This document shows positions 1 through 6,912 of a stretch of DNA of 64,000 nt, in pieces. Location of the stretch: the IMG/VR virus record IMGVR_UViG_3300032315_000774, positions 64,001 to 128,000 of that record; one strand, given 5' to 3'. The number at the start of each line of letters is the position of its first letter. Position 1 is the first letter of the stretch. Source of the stretch: a virus. Position numbers and translations under genes: made by a program. The notes beneath the pieces were generated by a model. The model had not been told where the DNA came from and searched no databases. It saw only the letters and a list, made by a program, of their open reading frames with translations.

Positions 1-29
1 CTGCGACCTATCCGTTAGTCGATGCGCCC
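1..29 (-). tRNA. 5' portion of a tRNA, truncated by the window edge; isotype unknown
   Basis: Minus strand reads GGGCGCA TC GAC TAACGGATAG GTC GCAG: acceptor 5' strand plus D arm, directly following tRNA-Ile in the array. Confidence 0.7.
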
Positions 30-33
30 CATG

Positions 34-107
34 TGTGACAAGCAGGAGTTGAACCTGCGACCTCATGCTTATCAGGCATGCGCTCTGACCACCTGAGCTA
101 CTGTCAC
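34..107 (-). tRNA. tRNA-Ile(GAT)
   Basis: Acceptor GTGACAG/TTGTCAC, anticodon arm CATGC-CT GAT AA-GCATG, T loop TTCAACT; no encoded CCA. Confidence 0.93.
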
Positions 108-115
108 GTGCGAAC

Positions 116-188
116 AGCGTGTGGCGAGGTTCGAACTCGCGACCTACGACTTGGAAGGACGTCGCTCTGCCAACTGAGCTACACACGC
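116..188 (-). tRNA. tRNA-Gly(TCC)
   Basis: GCGTGTG/CACACGC acceptor, loop CT TCC AA, U73 discriminator, TTCGAAC T loop. Confidence 0.93.
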
Positions 189-192
189 GAAG

Positions 193-395
193 CGCCTCTG
201 ACGGGACTTGAACCCGCAAACGACTAGATGAGAGCAACCGTGAAGCCTCTCTCTTCTCTGCACCGCCTTGGAGAATGGCCTTCCCTAAGCTGAGCATGGA
301 GACCCAGTTCGGTGAGCAATCGCAACCGTAGGGCAGTGCAGTTATGTCTCCACCTTCCGTTTTAGGTGAGCCTGTTCCATTTCGGCTTCAGAGGC
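193..395 (-). ncRNA. tRNA-framed RNA (203 nt) with a 133-nt structured insertion between an anticodon-like hairpin and the T arm
   Basis: Perfect acceptor GCCTCTG/CAGAGGC + G73, D arm GCC-GAAATGGAACA-GGC, hairpin CACCT-AAAACGGA-AGGTG, T arm GCGGG-TTCAAGT-CCCGT; spaced like the flanking tRNAs. Confidence 0.75.
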
Positions 396-397
396 GA

Positions 398-464
398 AAG
401 CAGAGGATGGAATCGAACCATCGAGCAACGGCTTATGAGGCCGCGCAGCACCTTGCGCTCTGCT
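398..464 (-). tRNA. tRNA(CAT) (Met or Ile2) with a truncated D arm, 67 nt
   Basis: AGCAGAG/CTCTGCT acceptor, GCGGC-CT CAT AA-GCCGT, GATGG-TTCGATT-CCATC; D region only about 13 nt. Confidence 0.75.
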
Positions 465-473
465 ACGAGCACA

Positions 474-546
474 CGCATGCGACAGGGATCGAACCTGCGA
501 CCCTCGGCTTAGAAGGCCGACGCTCTTCCAGCTGAGCTACACATGC
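474..546 (-). tRNA. tRNA-Arg(TCT)
   Basis: GCATGTG/CGCATGC acceptor, TCGGC-CT TCT AA-GCCGA, A20 and G73. Confidence 0.93.
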
Positions 547-549
547 AAG

Positions 550-622
550 AGCCTGCTACCGGAGTCGAACCGATGACCAGCTGTTTACAAAACAGCTGCT
601 CTACCAACTGAGCTAAGCAGGC
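550..622 (-). tRNA. tRNA-Thr(TGT)
   Basis: GCCTGCT/AGCAGGC acceptor, GCTGT-TT TGT AA-ACAGC. Confidence 0.93.
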
Positions 623-628
623 GAGAAG

Positions 629-701
629 TACCCCCAAGGAGATTCGAACTCCTGTCGCCGGGGTGAAAACCCAGCATCCTTGGCCACTAGAAGATGGGGG
701 C
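629..701 (-). tRNA. tRNA-Glu(TTC)
   Basis: GCCCCCA/TGGGGGT acceptor, CTGGG-TT TTC AC-CCCGG, short variable loop. Confidence 0.9.
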
Positions 702-706
702 GCGCA

Positions 707-779
707 TTGTCACACCAGGAGTCGAACCTGGAACCCGCAGATTCAGAATCTGCTGCTCTACCAGTTGAGCTATGTGACA
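707..779 (-). tRNA. tRNA-Gln(CTG)
   Basis: TGTCACA/TGTGACA acceptor (U1-A72), GCAGA-TT CTG AA-TCTGC. Confidence 0.88.
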
Positions 780-782
780 TCA

Positions 783-867
783 CGGAAGGTAAAGGGATCG
801 AACCTCTGCAGACTTTCGCCTGTCACCGATTTTCAAGACCGGAGCCTTACCACTCGGCCAACCTTCC
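783..867 (-). tRNA. tRNA-Ser(TGA)
   Basis: GGAAGGT/ACCTTCC acceptor, G73, CCGGT-CT TGA AA-ATCGG, long variable arm. Confidence 0.92.
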
Positions 868-870
868 AGA

Positions 871-1125
871 GCCGGAAAACGCACCGAGGCGTGAGCAAAA
901 CGCTTCGATGCGTTTTCCGGCAGACACGAGAATCCTGTGAACACAACAGAGCTTTCAGCTGTCCACAATGATCCTCATCAACCGCTTCATGAAACGCGAA
1001 GTCTCGCTGTCGCACCACAACAGCGCCCAAGACACCAGTGGTGTCTTCTTGCTCCGTGCAGGAGCATGCTCCTTTGGGAGAGGAGCACGTTCAGAACTAC
1101 AACTATCTCGTTGCAGCCGTCAAGT
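871..1125 (-). ncRNA. Putative structured non-coding RNA inside the tRNA array
   Basis: About 260-nt gap in an array otherwise spaced mostly 2-9 nt; at least five clean hairpins (871-921, 1005-1025, 1029-1047, 1050-1066, 1067-1087); no convincing ORF. Strand inferred from context. Confidence 0.5.
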
Positions 1126-1130
1126 TTGCA

Positions 1131-1203
1131 TGGGAGCGATAGGAGTCGAACCTACAACCCGCAGTGTAAAAATCTGCTTCTCTACCAGTTGAGTTACGCT
1201 CCC
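1131..1203 (-). tRNA. tRNA-Lys(TTT)
   Basis: GGGAGCG/CGCTCCC acceptor, A73, loop TT TTT AC; A-A mismatch at the base of the anticodon stem. Confidence 0.85.
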
Positions 1204-1208
1204 GACAG

Positions 1209-1282
1209 TGGAGACGACAGGAATCGAACCTGCGTTTAGACGGGGTAAGAACCCGCTGCAACCCAGCTTTTGCTAAGTCTCC
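1209..1282 (-). tRNA. tRNA-Lys(CTT)
   Basis: GGAGACT/CGTCTCC acceptor (7th pair mismatched), GCGGG-TT CTT AC-CCCGT, canonical T arm; atypical D loop. Confidence 0.8.
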
Positions 1283-1285
1283 GAA

Positions 1286-1358
1286 CGAGGCGCACAGGAA
1301 TCGAACCTGCAACCCGCAGACTAACAATCTGCCGCTCTACCAGTTGAGCTAACGCCTC
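1286..1358 (-). tRNA. tRNA-Asn(GTT)
   Basis: GAGGCGT/GCGCCTC acceptor, G73, GCAGA-TT GTT AG-TCTGC. Confidence 0.88.
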
Positions 1359-1387
1359 AAGAATGACTCGTCTTCGATTGTCAGAGA

Positions 1388-1473
1388 TGGAGCAGGAGGG
1401 AGTCGAACCCCAGCCTCGAAAGGCGGCCCGGTTTACAGCCGGGTTGAGCTACCAATGCCGCGTACCTTGCTCC
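1388..1473 (-). tRNA. tRNA-Tyr(GTA), atypical acceptor/T-stem geometry
   Basis: CCCGG-CT GTA AA-CCGGG, variable arm GCCT-TTCG-AGGC, A73; acceptor best drawn as GGAGCA[A]GG/CCTGCTCC with a 4-bp T stem. Confidence 0.82.
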
Positions 1474-1481
1474 AGAAACTC

Positions 1482-1520
1482 GAAGGGCCAGCCCACCGTC
1501 GTCCGGCGAGCTGGCCCTTC
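1482..1520. repeat. 11-bp inverted repeat in the tRNA operon leader
   Basis: GAAGGGCCAGC ... GCTGGCCCTTC, ending 8 nt before tRNA-Tyr on the minus strand. Confidence 0.7.
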
Positions 1521-1585
1521 AAGGAAGGATCACACGCCGAACGCTACGACATCTGCTCGCCTGTGTCGCTCGCGTTCATGGGCCT

Positions 1586-1614
1586 GTTGTACCGAGGTCC
1601 GATGGCGCTGTCAA
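1586..1614 (-). promoter_or_regulatory. Sigma70-type promoter driving the tRNA array
   Basis: TTGACA-N17-TACAAC on the minus strand, immediately after the esterase stop and pointing into the array. Confidence 0.75.
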
Positions 1615-2577
1615 CTACTGCTGCATGAATCCGAAGATCTGCGGTCCGAAGCGGTCATTCGTCGGTGTGTGCGTCATGCTGGTCGCTGCACAGAACGTCA
1701 CGCCTCGCGGCGATGGACACGTCCACGTTCGACATCCTGCGTTCAGGCTTGGCGGTGTCACGACGCTTTCGCTCGCGCACCCGTACGCTGTGCGCAGCGA
1801 CTGCACGCGGCTCTCTGCCTGCGAGAACGACACCACCGTGTCCGCTGTCCCGTGGATCCATAGGACCGGCGTGTTGCATCCGCTCCATGTGCCGCTGCCA
1901 GGCACGTTCAAGACTGCTCCGCTCAAGATGCTCACGCTGCTGACATCAGCAGGCGCACCGCACGCATACCAGAGCGCAGCGCCTGCGCCACACGAACGCC
2001 CATACACAGCGATCGGCCCGGTCACGCACAGGTTGGTGCGAACGTCCGCGACGACCGCCGCCAAGAACGCCGTGTCCTCCGTCGACTGAGCCCAGCTCGT
2101 GGTCCCTGGACACGGTGTGCCACCAGAACGCGCGTCAGGGTAAACGAACACCCAGCTGTCGCTGACGCCTGCCGTGATCGACGCCTGCTCGACTTCAGGC
2201 GCGGCCCAGTCCTGCGGGCTGGACCAGGTCTGTGCGCGGAAGCTCGCGCCCGTCCAGCTGGCACCATGCAGGCCCAGTCCCACGCGTCGTGGGACGCTGT
2301 TCGTGGCGTCGTAGTCTGCGTCGACGCTGAGCACGTAGGAGCGCGTGACGCCACCGACCGTGAGCGATCGGCTGTAGGCGCGGCGGTCGCCTTCGAACGC
2401 GAACACCGTCCGTGGCGTGTAGCGTGGCGCCAGCGTGCGCCCACAGCCCGCTGGGAGCGTTCCAGCGTCGAGGGGCACCGTGGCGTCGAGAAGCGAACTT
2501 GTGGCGTCTGGACGCGGTACAGACGCGTCGCAGGGGCAGGTGCACAGCTGACCGAGGAGTAGGAGGGCGATGATCAT
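1615..2577 (-). CDS. Secreted alpha/beta hydrolase (PHB depolymerase/feruloyl esterase-like)
   Basis: Hydrophobic N-terminus; LHG, VYPDA, GRSCG nucleophile elbow, IHGTAD, C-terminal His; many Cys. Confidence 0.85.
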   Translation of the reverse strand: MIIALLLLGQLCTCPCDASVPRPDATSSLLDATVPLDAGTLPAGCGRTLAPRYTPRTVFAFEGDRRAYSRSLTVGGVTRSYVLSVDADYDATNSVPRRVGLGLHGASWTGASFRAQTWSSPQDWAAPEVEQASITAGVSDSWVFVYPDARSGGTPCPGTTSWAQSTEDTAFLAAVVADVRTNLCVTGPIAVYGRSCGAGAALWYACGAPADVSSVSILSGAVLNVPGSGTWSGCNTPVLWIHGTADTVVSFSQAESRVQSLRTAYGCASESVVTPPSLNAGCRTWTCPSPRGVTFCAATSMTHTPTNDRFGPQIFGFMQQ

Positions 2578-2580
2578 GCC

Positions 2581-2600
2581 CGGACCCTATAGAGGGTCCG
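2581..2600. promoter_or_regulatory. Palindrome directly upstream of the esterase start
   Basis: CGGACCCT-ATAG-AGGGTCCG, 3 nt from the ATG. Confidence 0.45.
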
Positions 2601-2616
2601 CAGTGCCGACAAGGGT

Positions 2617-2653
2617 GGTCTGCGTCGCGTACCGAAGCACCGCGACGCAGACC
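2617..2653 (-). terminator. Stable hairpin with a C-UUCG-G loop (terminator or RNA-stability element)
   Basis: 13-bp perfect stem GGTCTGCGTCGCG/CGCGACGCAGACC; no clear U tract. Confidence 0.5.
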
Positions 2654-2701
2654 GTGGAGTTGCTAGCCCCAGAGCCAAGATGTGGCGTCTACGTGCTGAC
2701 G

Positions 2702-3298
2702 TCAAGCGTCCGCGACGAGGCGTGCAGTCCACATGAACGAGCCGCCTGCGACGAGGTAACGCGCAACAAGATCGATGTCCGATCCATGACCGTATATAGG
2801 TTCGCTCGCATACAGTATCTGTACAGCACTTAGAAGTCGCTGAAAGTTCGGTACAGACAGCTCGGCGATGTGAGCGCTTTGAGCTTCGATGCGCTTGATG
2901 ACGACGTCGCGGTCTTCGGAAGTGCGTGCGAGGATCTTCGTCGTCAAGCTCTTCACACGACGTGCCTTCTCGGCGTTCACGAGATCACGTAAACGCGGAA
3001 GCGCAGAGCGGTGCACGATCTTCGGCCCGCGTGGTGTCATATACACGTGCCCTCGACCTGCAAGTTGGTGGTACGACCACGTAAAGAGCTGTTTGACCTC
3101 TGCACGCGAGAAGACGACCAGCGCACCTGTGTCATCGGCCATCACTGCCGATTCGAGCTTGGTGATGTCCTCGCGCACACGGTGTTCGTGATGGTGAACA
3201 GAAGACACGAGTAAGCGTTGTTCGTAGTAGTCGCTGTTTTCGATCCAGTGCTTGAAGAGCTTGATACCGGGTCTGATTTCATCAGGTGTTGTGATCAC
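2702..3298 (-). CDS. Hypothetical protein (198 aa)
   Basis: GTG start overlaps the TGA of the upstream gene; the longer ORF-track extension overlaps real genes. Confidence 0.7.
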   Translation of the reverse strand: MITTPDEIRPGIKLFKHWIENSDYYEQRLLVSSVHHHEHRVREDITKLESAVMADDTGALVVFSRAEVKQLFTWSYHQLAGRGHVYMTPRGPKIVHRSALPRLRDLVNAEKARRVKSLTTKILARTSEDRDVVIKRIEAQSAHIAELSVPNFQRLLSAVQILYASEPIYGHGSDIDLVARYLVAGGSFMWTARLVADA

Positions 3299-3618
3299 AA
3301 GTCTTCCAAACGCGGGGCGCGAACGCCAGGCTTGAGCCTCACGTGGGAGATAGGCATCCCAGGCCGCAGACGTTCGACCTCGGCGAGGTTCGAGTCGTAC
3401 ATGGACCACGTGAACAGACGCTTGAGTCGATGCGTCGGCCATGTCTCCGTGCGACCGTTGAGACGCACCGTCGCCATCAGCATCGAGCCTTCGGTCCGCG
3501 TGATGTTCACGATCTCGACCACCGTCTCGTTCAGCGTCGTCATCCGTGTGTTGCCCATCTTCTGCTTGAAGCGACGGAAGAGACGGTGACCTGCGCGGAG
3601 CTTGTTGGGGTCGATCAT
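3295..3618 (-). CDS. Hypothetical protein
   Basis: AGGAAG RBS, 4-nt overlaps on both sides. Confidence 0.7.
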   Translation of the reverse strand: MIDPNKLRAGHRLFRRFKQKMGNTRMTTLNETVVEIVNITRTEGSMLMATVRLNGRTETWPTHRLKRLFTWSMYDSNLAEVERLRPGMPISHVRLKPGVRAPRLEDL

Positions 3619-4010
3619 GACTTCCTTCTCTGACGACGCAGGAGCTGCGCGTACAGCATACGCCAGCGCGTGACACCTTGCTCGTCGTTCTGACGTCTCC
3701 GGGCCAAGCGGTCCACCAGCGATGCAAACTCGACGTTGTGCGTGCCGTCGAAGCAGCTGCTCAACACTTCAGGCAACGCACCGAGGTCGAACGAACAGCC
3801 GTGTTCGGACGCGAACTCGGCCATCGCTTCCGCGCACGCAGCGCACCCGCGCTCGTACTGTGCGTCCTTGGCGTCGAGCCAGAAGCTATGCTTGTAGCGG
3901 TCGCCAGGCTTGATCTTGGTCCCGCACCCCGCACACGTGTACGTCTTCCGCGCGACCTGCCAGCGCTCGCGTACAAAGCTCGAAGGGTTGTCGACGTCGA
4001 TGCTACACAT
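3615..4010 (-). CDS. Cys-rich putative Zn-binding phage protein
   Basis: ARKTYTCAGC..IKPGDRY and CAAC motifs; coupled to neighbours. Confidence 0.75.
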   Translation of the reverse strand: MCSIDVDNPSSFVRERWQVARKTYTCAGCGTKIKPGDRYKHSFWLDAKDAQYERGCAACAEAMAEFASEHGCSFDLGALPEVLSSCFDGTHNVEFASLVDRLARRRQNDEQGVTRWRMLYAQLLRRQRRKS

Positions 4011-4620
4011 CGCTGAGATACCTCACGGACCTCACGAGCGTTTCGTCGTCTGCATGAAAGATGTTTTCAAGATGCAGTTCGTCGGACTGAGCCATGTTCA
4101 GCGGGCGCATCGGCACCCAGACATTGGCGGAAGGCTGCGCGCGCTTGAAGCTCAGAGCGACATCGGCGTAGTCGTCGATGAAGACGTCCGCTCGAATGAG
4201 CGACTTGATCGGAAGACCGCCTCGACCGACGTGCGTCGTGAAGATGAGACCCACTTCCGCGCGGAAGCCTTGCGTGTGCAGCCACTGTCGCTTGGCGTCG
4301 ACACACGCTCCGATCTTGCCGTTGATCGACCATGGCGACGTCACGACGACGATGTTGAGCTTGTCCTGCTTCGCGACGAGTGCAGACGCCAGCGGCAGCG
4401 GGTGAAGCTGCGTCCACGTAGAGGATGTGTTCCACAACTTGCGGATGAACCTGACCACTGGATCTGGTGTCGTCGGGTCATGCAAGAAGCCGTGCGAGCG
4501 GATCTGATCGAAGTCGAACGCGCGCACCACAGCATCATCGCTCAGCGCTGCTTGGCCACGTGTGTAGCCCATCAGGTCGGCAAGAACGCCGTCCATGTCG
4601 ACGGCAACAGTGATCTTCAT
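4003..4620 (-). CDS. HAD-family 5'(3')-deoxyribonucleotidase-like protein
   Basis: VAVDMDGVLAD motif I, VVTSP motif II, DVFIDD motif IV. Confidence 0.85.
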   Translation of the reverse strand: MKITVAVDMDGVLADLMGYTRGQAALSDDAVVRAFDFDQIRSHGFLHDPTTPDPVVRFIRKLWNTSSTWTQLHPLPLASALVAKQDKLNIVVVTSPWSINGKIGACVDAKRQWLHTQGFRAEVGLIFTTHVGRGGLPIKSLIRADVFIDDYADVALSFKRAQPSANVWVPMRPLNMAQSDELHLENIFHADDETLVRSVRYLSDV

Positions 4621-4634
4621 GCGCCAGCTACACC

Positions 4635-4880
4635 TCAACCGAGGGCGCTTGGCAAGCGAACGACGTTCGACCAACGCGCCATCATCGACCACTGATCAAC
4701 ATGTGCGATGGATAGTTCTGGAAACTTGGAAATAGGTGGGAACCTCTGTTCGAGGAACGCTCCCCGCAAGCGTCTGGGCATACGCTCTACGAGCCGGACG
4801 CATTCACGATCAGAGAACGTCACAAAGCCCCGAAGCGCGAGTTGCTTCAGCGCGGCGAAACACCTCTCTTCGTACGACAT
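4635..4880 (-). CDS. Hypothetical protein (81 aa)
   Basis: ATG 5 nt after the upstream stop; fills the gap. Confidence 0.55.
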   Translation of the reverse strand: MSYEERCFAALKQLALRGFVTFSDRECVRLVERMPRRLRGAFLEQRFPPISKFPELSIAHVDQWSMMARWSNVVRLPSALG

Positions 4881-4885
4881 GGCTC

Positions 4886-5227
4886 TTATTGTGGCTGACG
4901 TTCGAGGGCAGTCCAGCGGATGTTGCGGTGGCGCATGTTGCCGGAGAACACGTCGACCGAACCGTCGGTGTTGACGGCACGAACGAAGCCTTGGGCACCG
5001 TTGCGCAAGAAGTGGACGTGGTCGCCCACCTGCAGCGCCCGCTCGCTCGTGACGTCTGCATACTGCTGCTCCGTCAACAGCAAACCGCGTGCAGTGAGCT
5101 TCTGTGCCACTGCAGTCACCCACTTCGCACGTTGCGTCGGGTCCAAGGGACTGCTCGCGACGCGCTCCTGCAACGACTTCAAGGTCGTGTAGCCTTCTTC
5201 CAGAGTGCTTCCAAGATGGTCGGACAT
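4886..5227 (-). CDS. Hypothetical protein with a C-terminal SH3/KOW-like barrel
   Basis: LQVGDHV...GFVRAV...SVDVF pattern. Confidence 0.65.
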   Translation of the reverse strand: MSDHLGSTLEEGYTTLKSLQERVASSPLDPTQRAKWVTAVAQKLTARGLLLTEQQYADVTSERALQVGDHVHFLRNGAQGFVRAVNTDGSVDVFSGNMRHRNIRWTALERQPQ

Positions 5228-5267
5228 GCTTCGCACCAGGTCTCTCGTGTGAGGAGGTCTTCGTAGA

Positions 5268-5522
5268 TCAGCCGCTCGATGGGGTGGAGCTTGCTGACGT
5301 TGGCTCCGACATCTCGAAGTCGCAGCGCGTGCAGTTCCACCGATCGCGGGTCGGCGTGATCTTGTCGACCATCATCGGCACGACCTTGCCTAGATGTCCT
5401 CGGTTCGTGATGCCGTTCGCTGTCTTGATCGCGCATCGCGCACAGCCTTTGGCGTTGTCAGGGACGTCCAGCATCAGCGGGACGCCTGATGCGTCGACGA
5501 GAAACGGATGTGGTACTCTCAT
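5268..5522 (-). CDS. Small Zn-ribbon-like protein
   Basis: CARC and CTRC pairs; GAGGAG RBS. Confidence 0.6.
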   Translation of the reverse strand: MRVPHPFLVDASGVPLMLDVPDNAKGCARCAIKTANGITNRGHLGKVVPMMVDKITPTRDRWNCTRCDFEMSEPTSASSTPSSG

Positions 5523-5709
5523 TCTTCTCCTCTCGCCGGAGCAACATGTCGATGGCCCGGCGTGCTTCGTCCGTGGAGCGTCGTGCGGCGGTCAGCTCGT
5601 CGCTCGCCGTGAACACAGATCCCTGAAGGAACGGGTTCGCAGCGTCGAGACGCGCAAGCGCTTCACGTAGCGCGATCAAGGCGTCGATCGGCGATGACAC
5701 TCGTGACAT
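5458..5709 (-). CDS. Hypothetical helical protein
   Basis: Plausible composition; overlaps both neighbours. Confidence 0.55.
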   Translation of the reverse strand: MSRVSSPIDALIALREALARLDAANPFLQGSVFTASDELTAARRSTDEARRAIDMLLRREEKNESTTSVSRRRIRRPADAGRP

Positions 5710-6056
5710 TGTGGCAGTCCCTCAGAGATCCAGTAGCGAGTCGTGCGCCTTCCGCATGTGCAGGCCACGTACAGTGCGCTCTGTGCGTGACACTGACGGA
5801 TGAAGCTCAGCGCATCTCGCATCGGCTCTTGTAGCACGTCAGGCGCAAGCGGAGCCAGCTCTTCGAGCGGTTCGAGCTTGAGCGAGGCTTTCAGCTCGAC
5901 GGCGACAGCGACGCCACGCTCGGTCTTGATGCGCAGCTCCAGCACACGCCCTGTCGGCTCGTCGTAGTGCTCTTTGACGAAGTCGACCTCGCCCGGTCGC
6001 ACACGATCAGGCACGAAGCCACGTTCACGTAGACCTGCGAGGAGAACGGGCAGCAT
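5676..6056 (-). CDS. Hypothetical protein with a C-terminal Cys motif
   Basis: CTC...CHEC; start MLPVLL after AGAGAAAAG. Confidence 0.65.
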   Translation of the reverse strand: MLPVLLAGLRERGFVPDRVRPGEVDFVKEHYDEPTGRVLELRIKTERGVAVAVELKASLKLEPLEELAPLAPDVLQEPMRDALSFIRQCHAQSALYVACTCGRRTTRYWISEGLPQCHECHRRSTP

Positions 6057-6912
6057 GCGCTTTTCTCTGCGCCGTTCGCATAGCATACACGCGACGTTCG
6101 GAGCAACCGAGCTGTTTGGCGACGTCAACAGCGCGCCCCTTGAAGATGTCGATGTTAGCGCGGGCAGCCGCAAGCGGCGTCCCTGCACGTGCTCTTGGCT
6201 TCGATCCGCGTTCCAAGCGTGCTCGTGCTGCCTTGATCTCCGACGGCTTCTTTCCCAGACGTACCGCCGCTTCTTCAGGCGTGCCTTCGAGGAGATCCGC
6301 GAGATACCGAGACTTGACGCTCGGATGATTCTGGATCTTCAGAAGTGCGCTCGCCACGAGCGTGTGTCCATCTTGACGTGTGATGGACATAGCCGCAGCA
6401 AGCTGCGCGTACGGAACCGTTCCGTAGAGCCACGCATACAGCATGCGAAACTCTCGTGATGTCAGAGTCACGCCATCATGCACGCGGCGCAACGCAGCTT
6501 CGACTTCTTGTTCTTTGAACTGGTCAGGGGCAGGTTCTGGCTCAGGGGCTGCTACGTCGTCTGCTTGGCTCAAAGGCACAAGGTTCTTTGCATATCTCTT
6601 TTCTGCGCGAATGTCGTTGGTGATGACTCCATTGTACCGAGAGAACAAGCGTGTCAGTGGGCTCATCTCATACGCAGGATCGAAGTCTCGAAGCGACTCG
6701 AAGATCAGCGAGTACAGGTGCTCTGGTGTCGTCGAGTTCGCACGCCGCTTCGTCAGCACCATTCGAATGATCATCTTCAGCTCAGGTAGAAGCACGCGCA
6801 AGATCTGCTCGACGTCCTCACCAAAGCGCACTCGACACGCAAGAAGATTCAGCTCGGTCCAGTTCGACCAGCATTGATTCTTGGCAGGACATGTCGAGCA
6901 ATCTTGTCTCAT
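6025..6912 (-). CDS. RNA polymerase sigma factor-like protein with an N-terminal Cys cluster and extra HTHs
   Basis: Region-2-like SLRDFDP; region-4 HTH LTSREFRML..PYAQLAAAMSITRQ..ALLKI; C-terminal VAKQLGCSERRVY HTH. Confidence 0.7.
   Translation of the reverse strand: MRQDCSTCPAKNQCWSNWTELNLLACRVRFGEDVEQILRVLLPELKMIIRMVLTKRRANSTTPEHLYSLIFESLRDFDPAYEMSPLTRLFSRYNGVITNDIRAEKRYAKNLVPLSQADDVAAPEPEPAPDQFKEQEVEAALRRVHDGVTLTSREFRMLYAWLYGTVPYAQLAAAMSITRQDGHTLVASALLKIQNHPSVKSRYLADLLEGTPEEAAVRLGKKPSEIKAARARLERGSKPRARAGTPLAAARANIDIFKGRAVDVAKQLGCSERRVYAMRTAQRKAHAARSPRRST

Noticed and set aside
193-395. tmRNA interpretation (ATAACT-GCA resembles a resume-codon context)
   Set aside because: No G3:U70, a true D stem is present, and the frame has no stop before the T arm
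783-867. Possible suppressor tRNA or genetic code reassignment
   Set aside because: Anticodon TGA reads Ser UCA; no CTA/TCA/TTA anticodon is present and genes are intact in the standard code
953-981. Hammerhead ribozyme-like TTGATGAG...GAAA
   Set aside because: Core deviates from CUGANGA/GAAAC and the required stems are not evident
344-1863. ORFs overlapping the tRNA array
   Set aside because: They are translations of tRNA sequences or their complements, with no protein motifs
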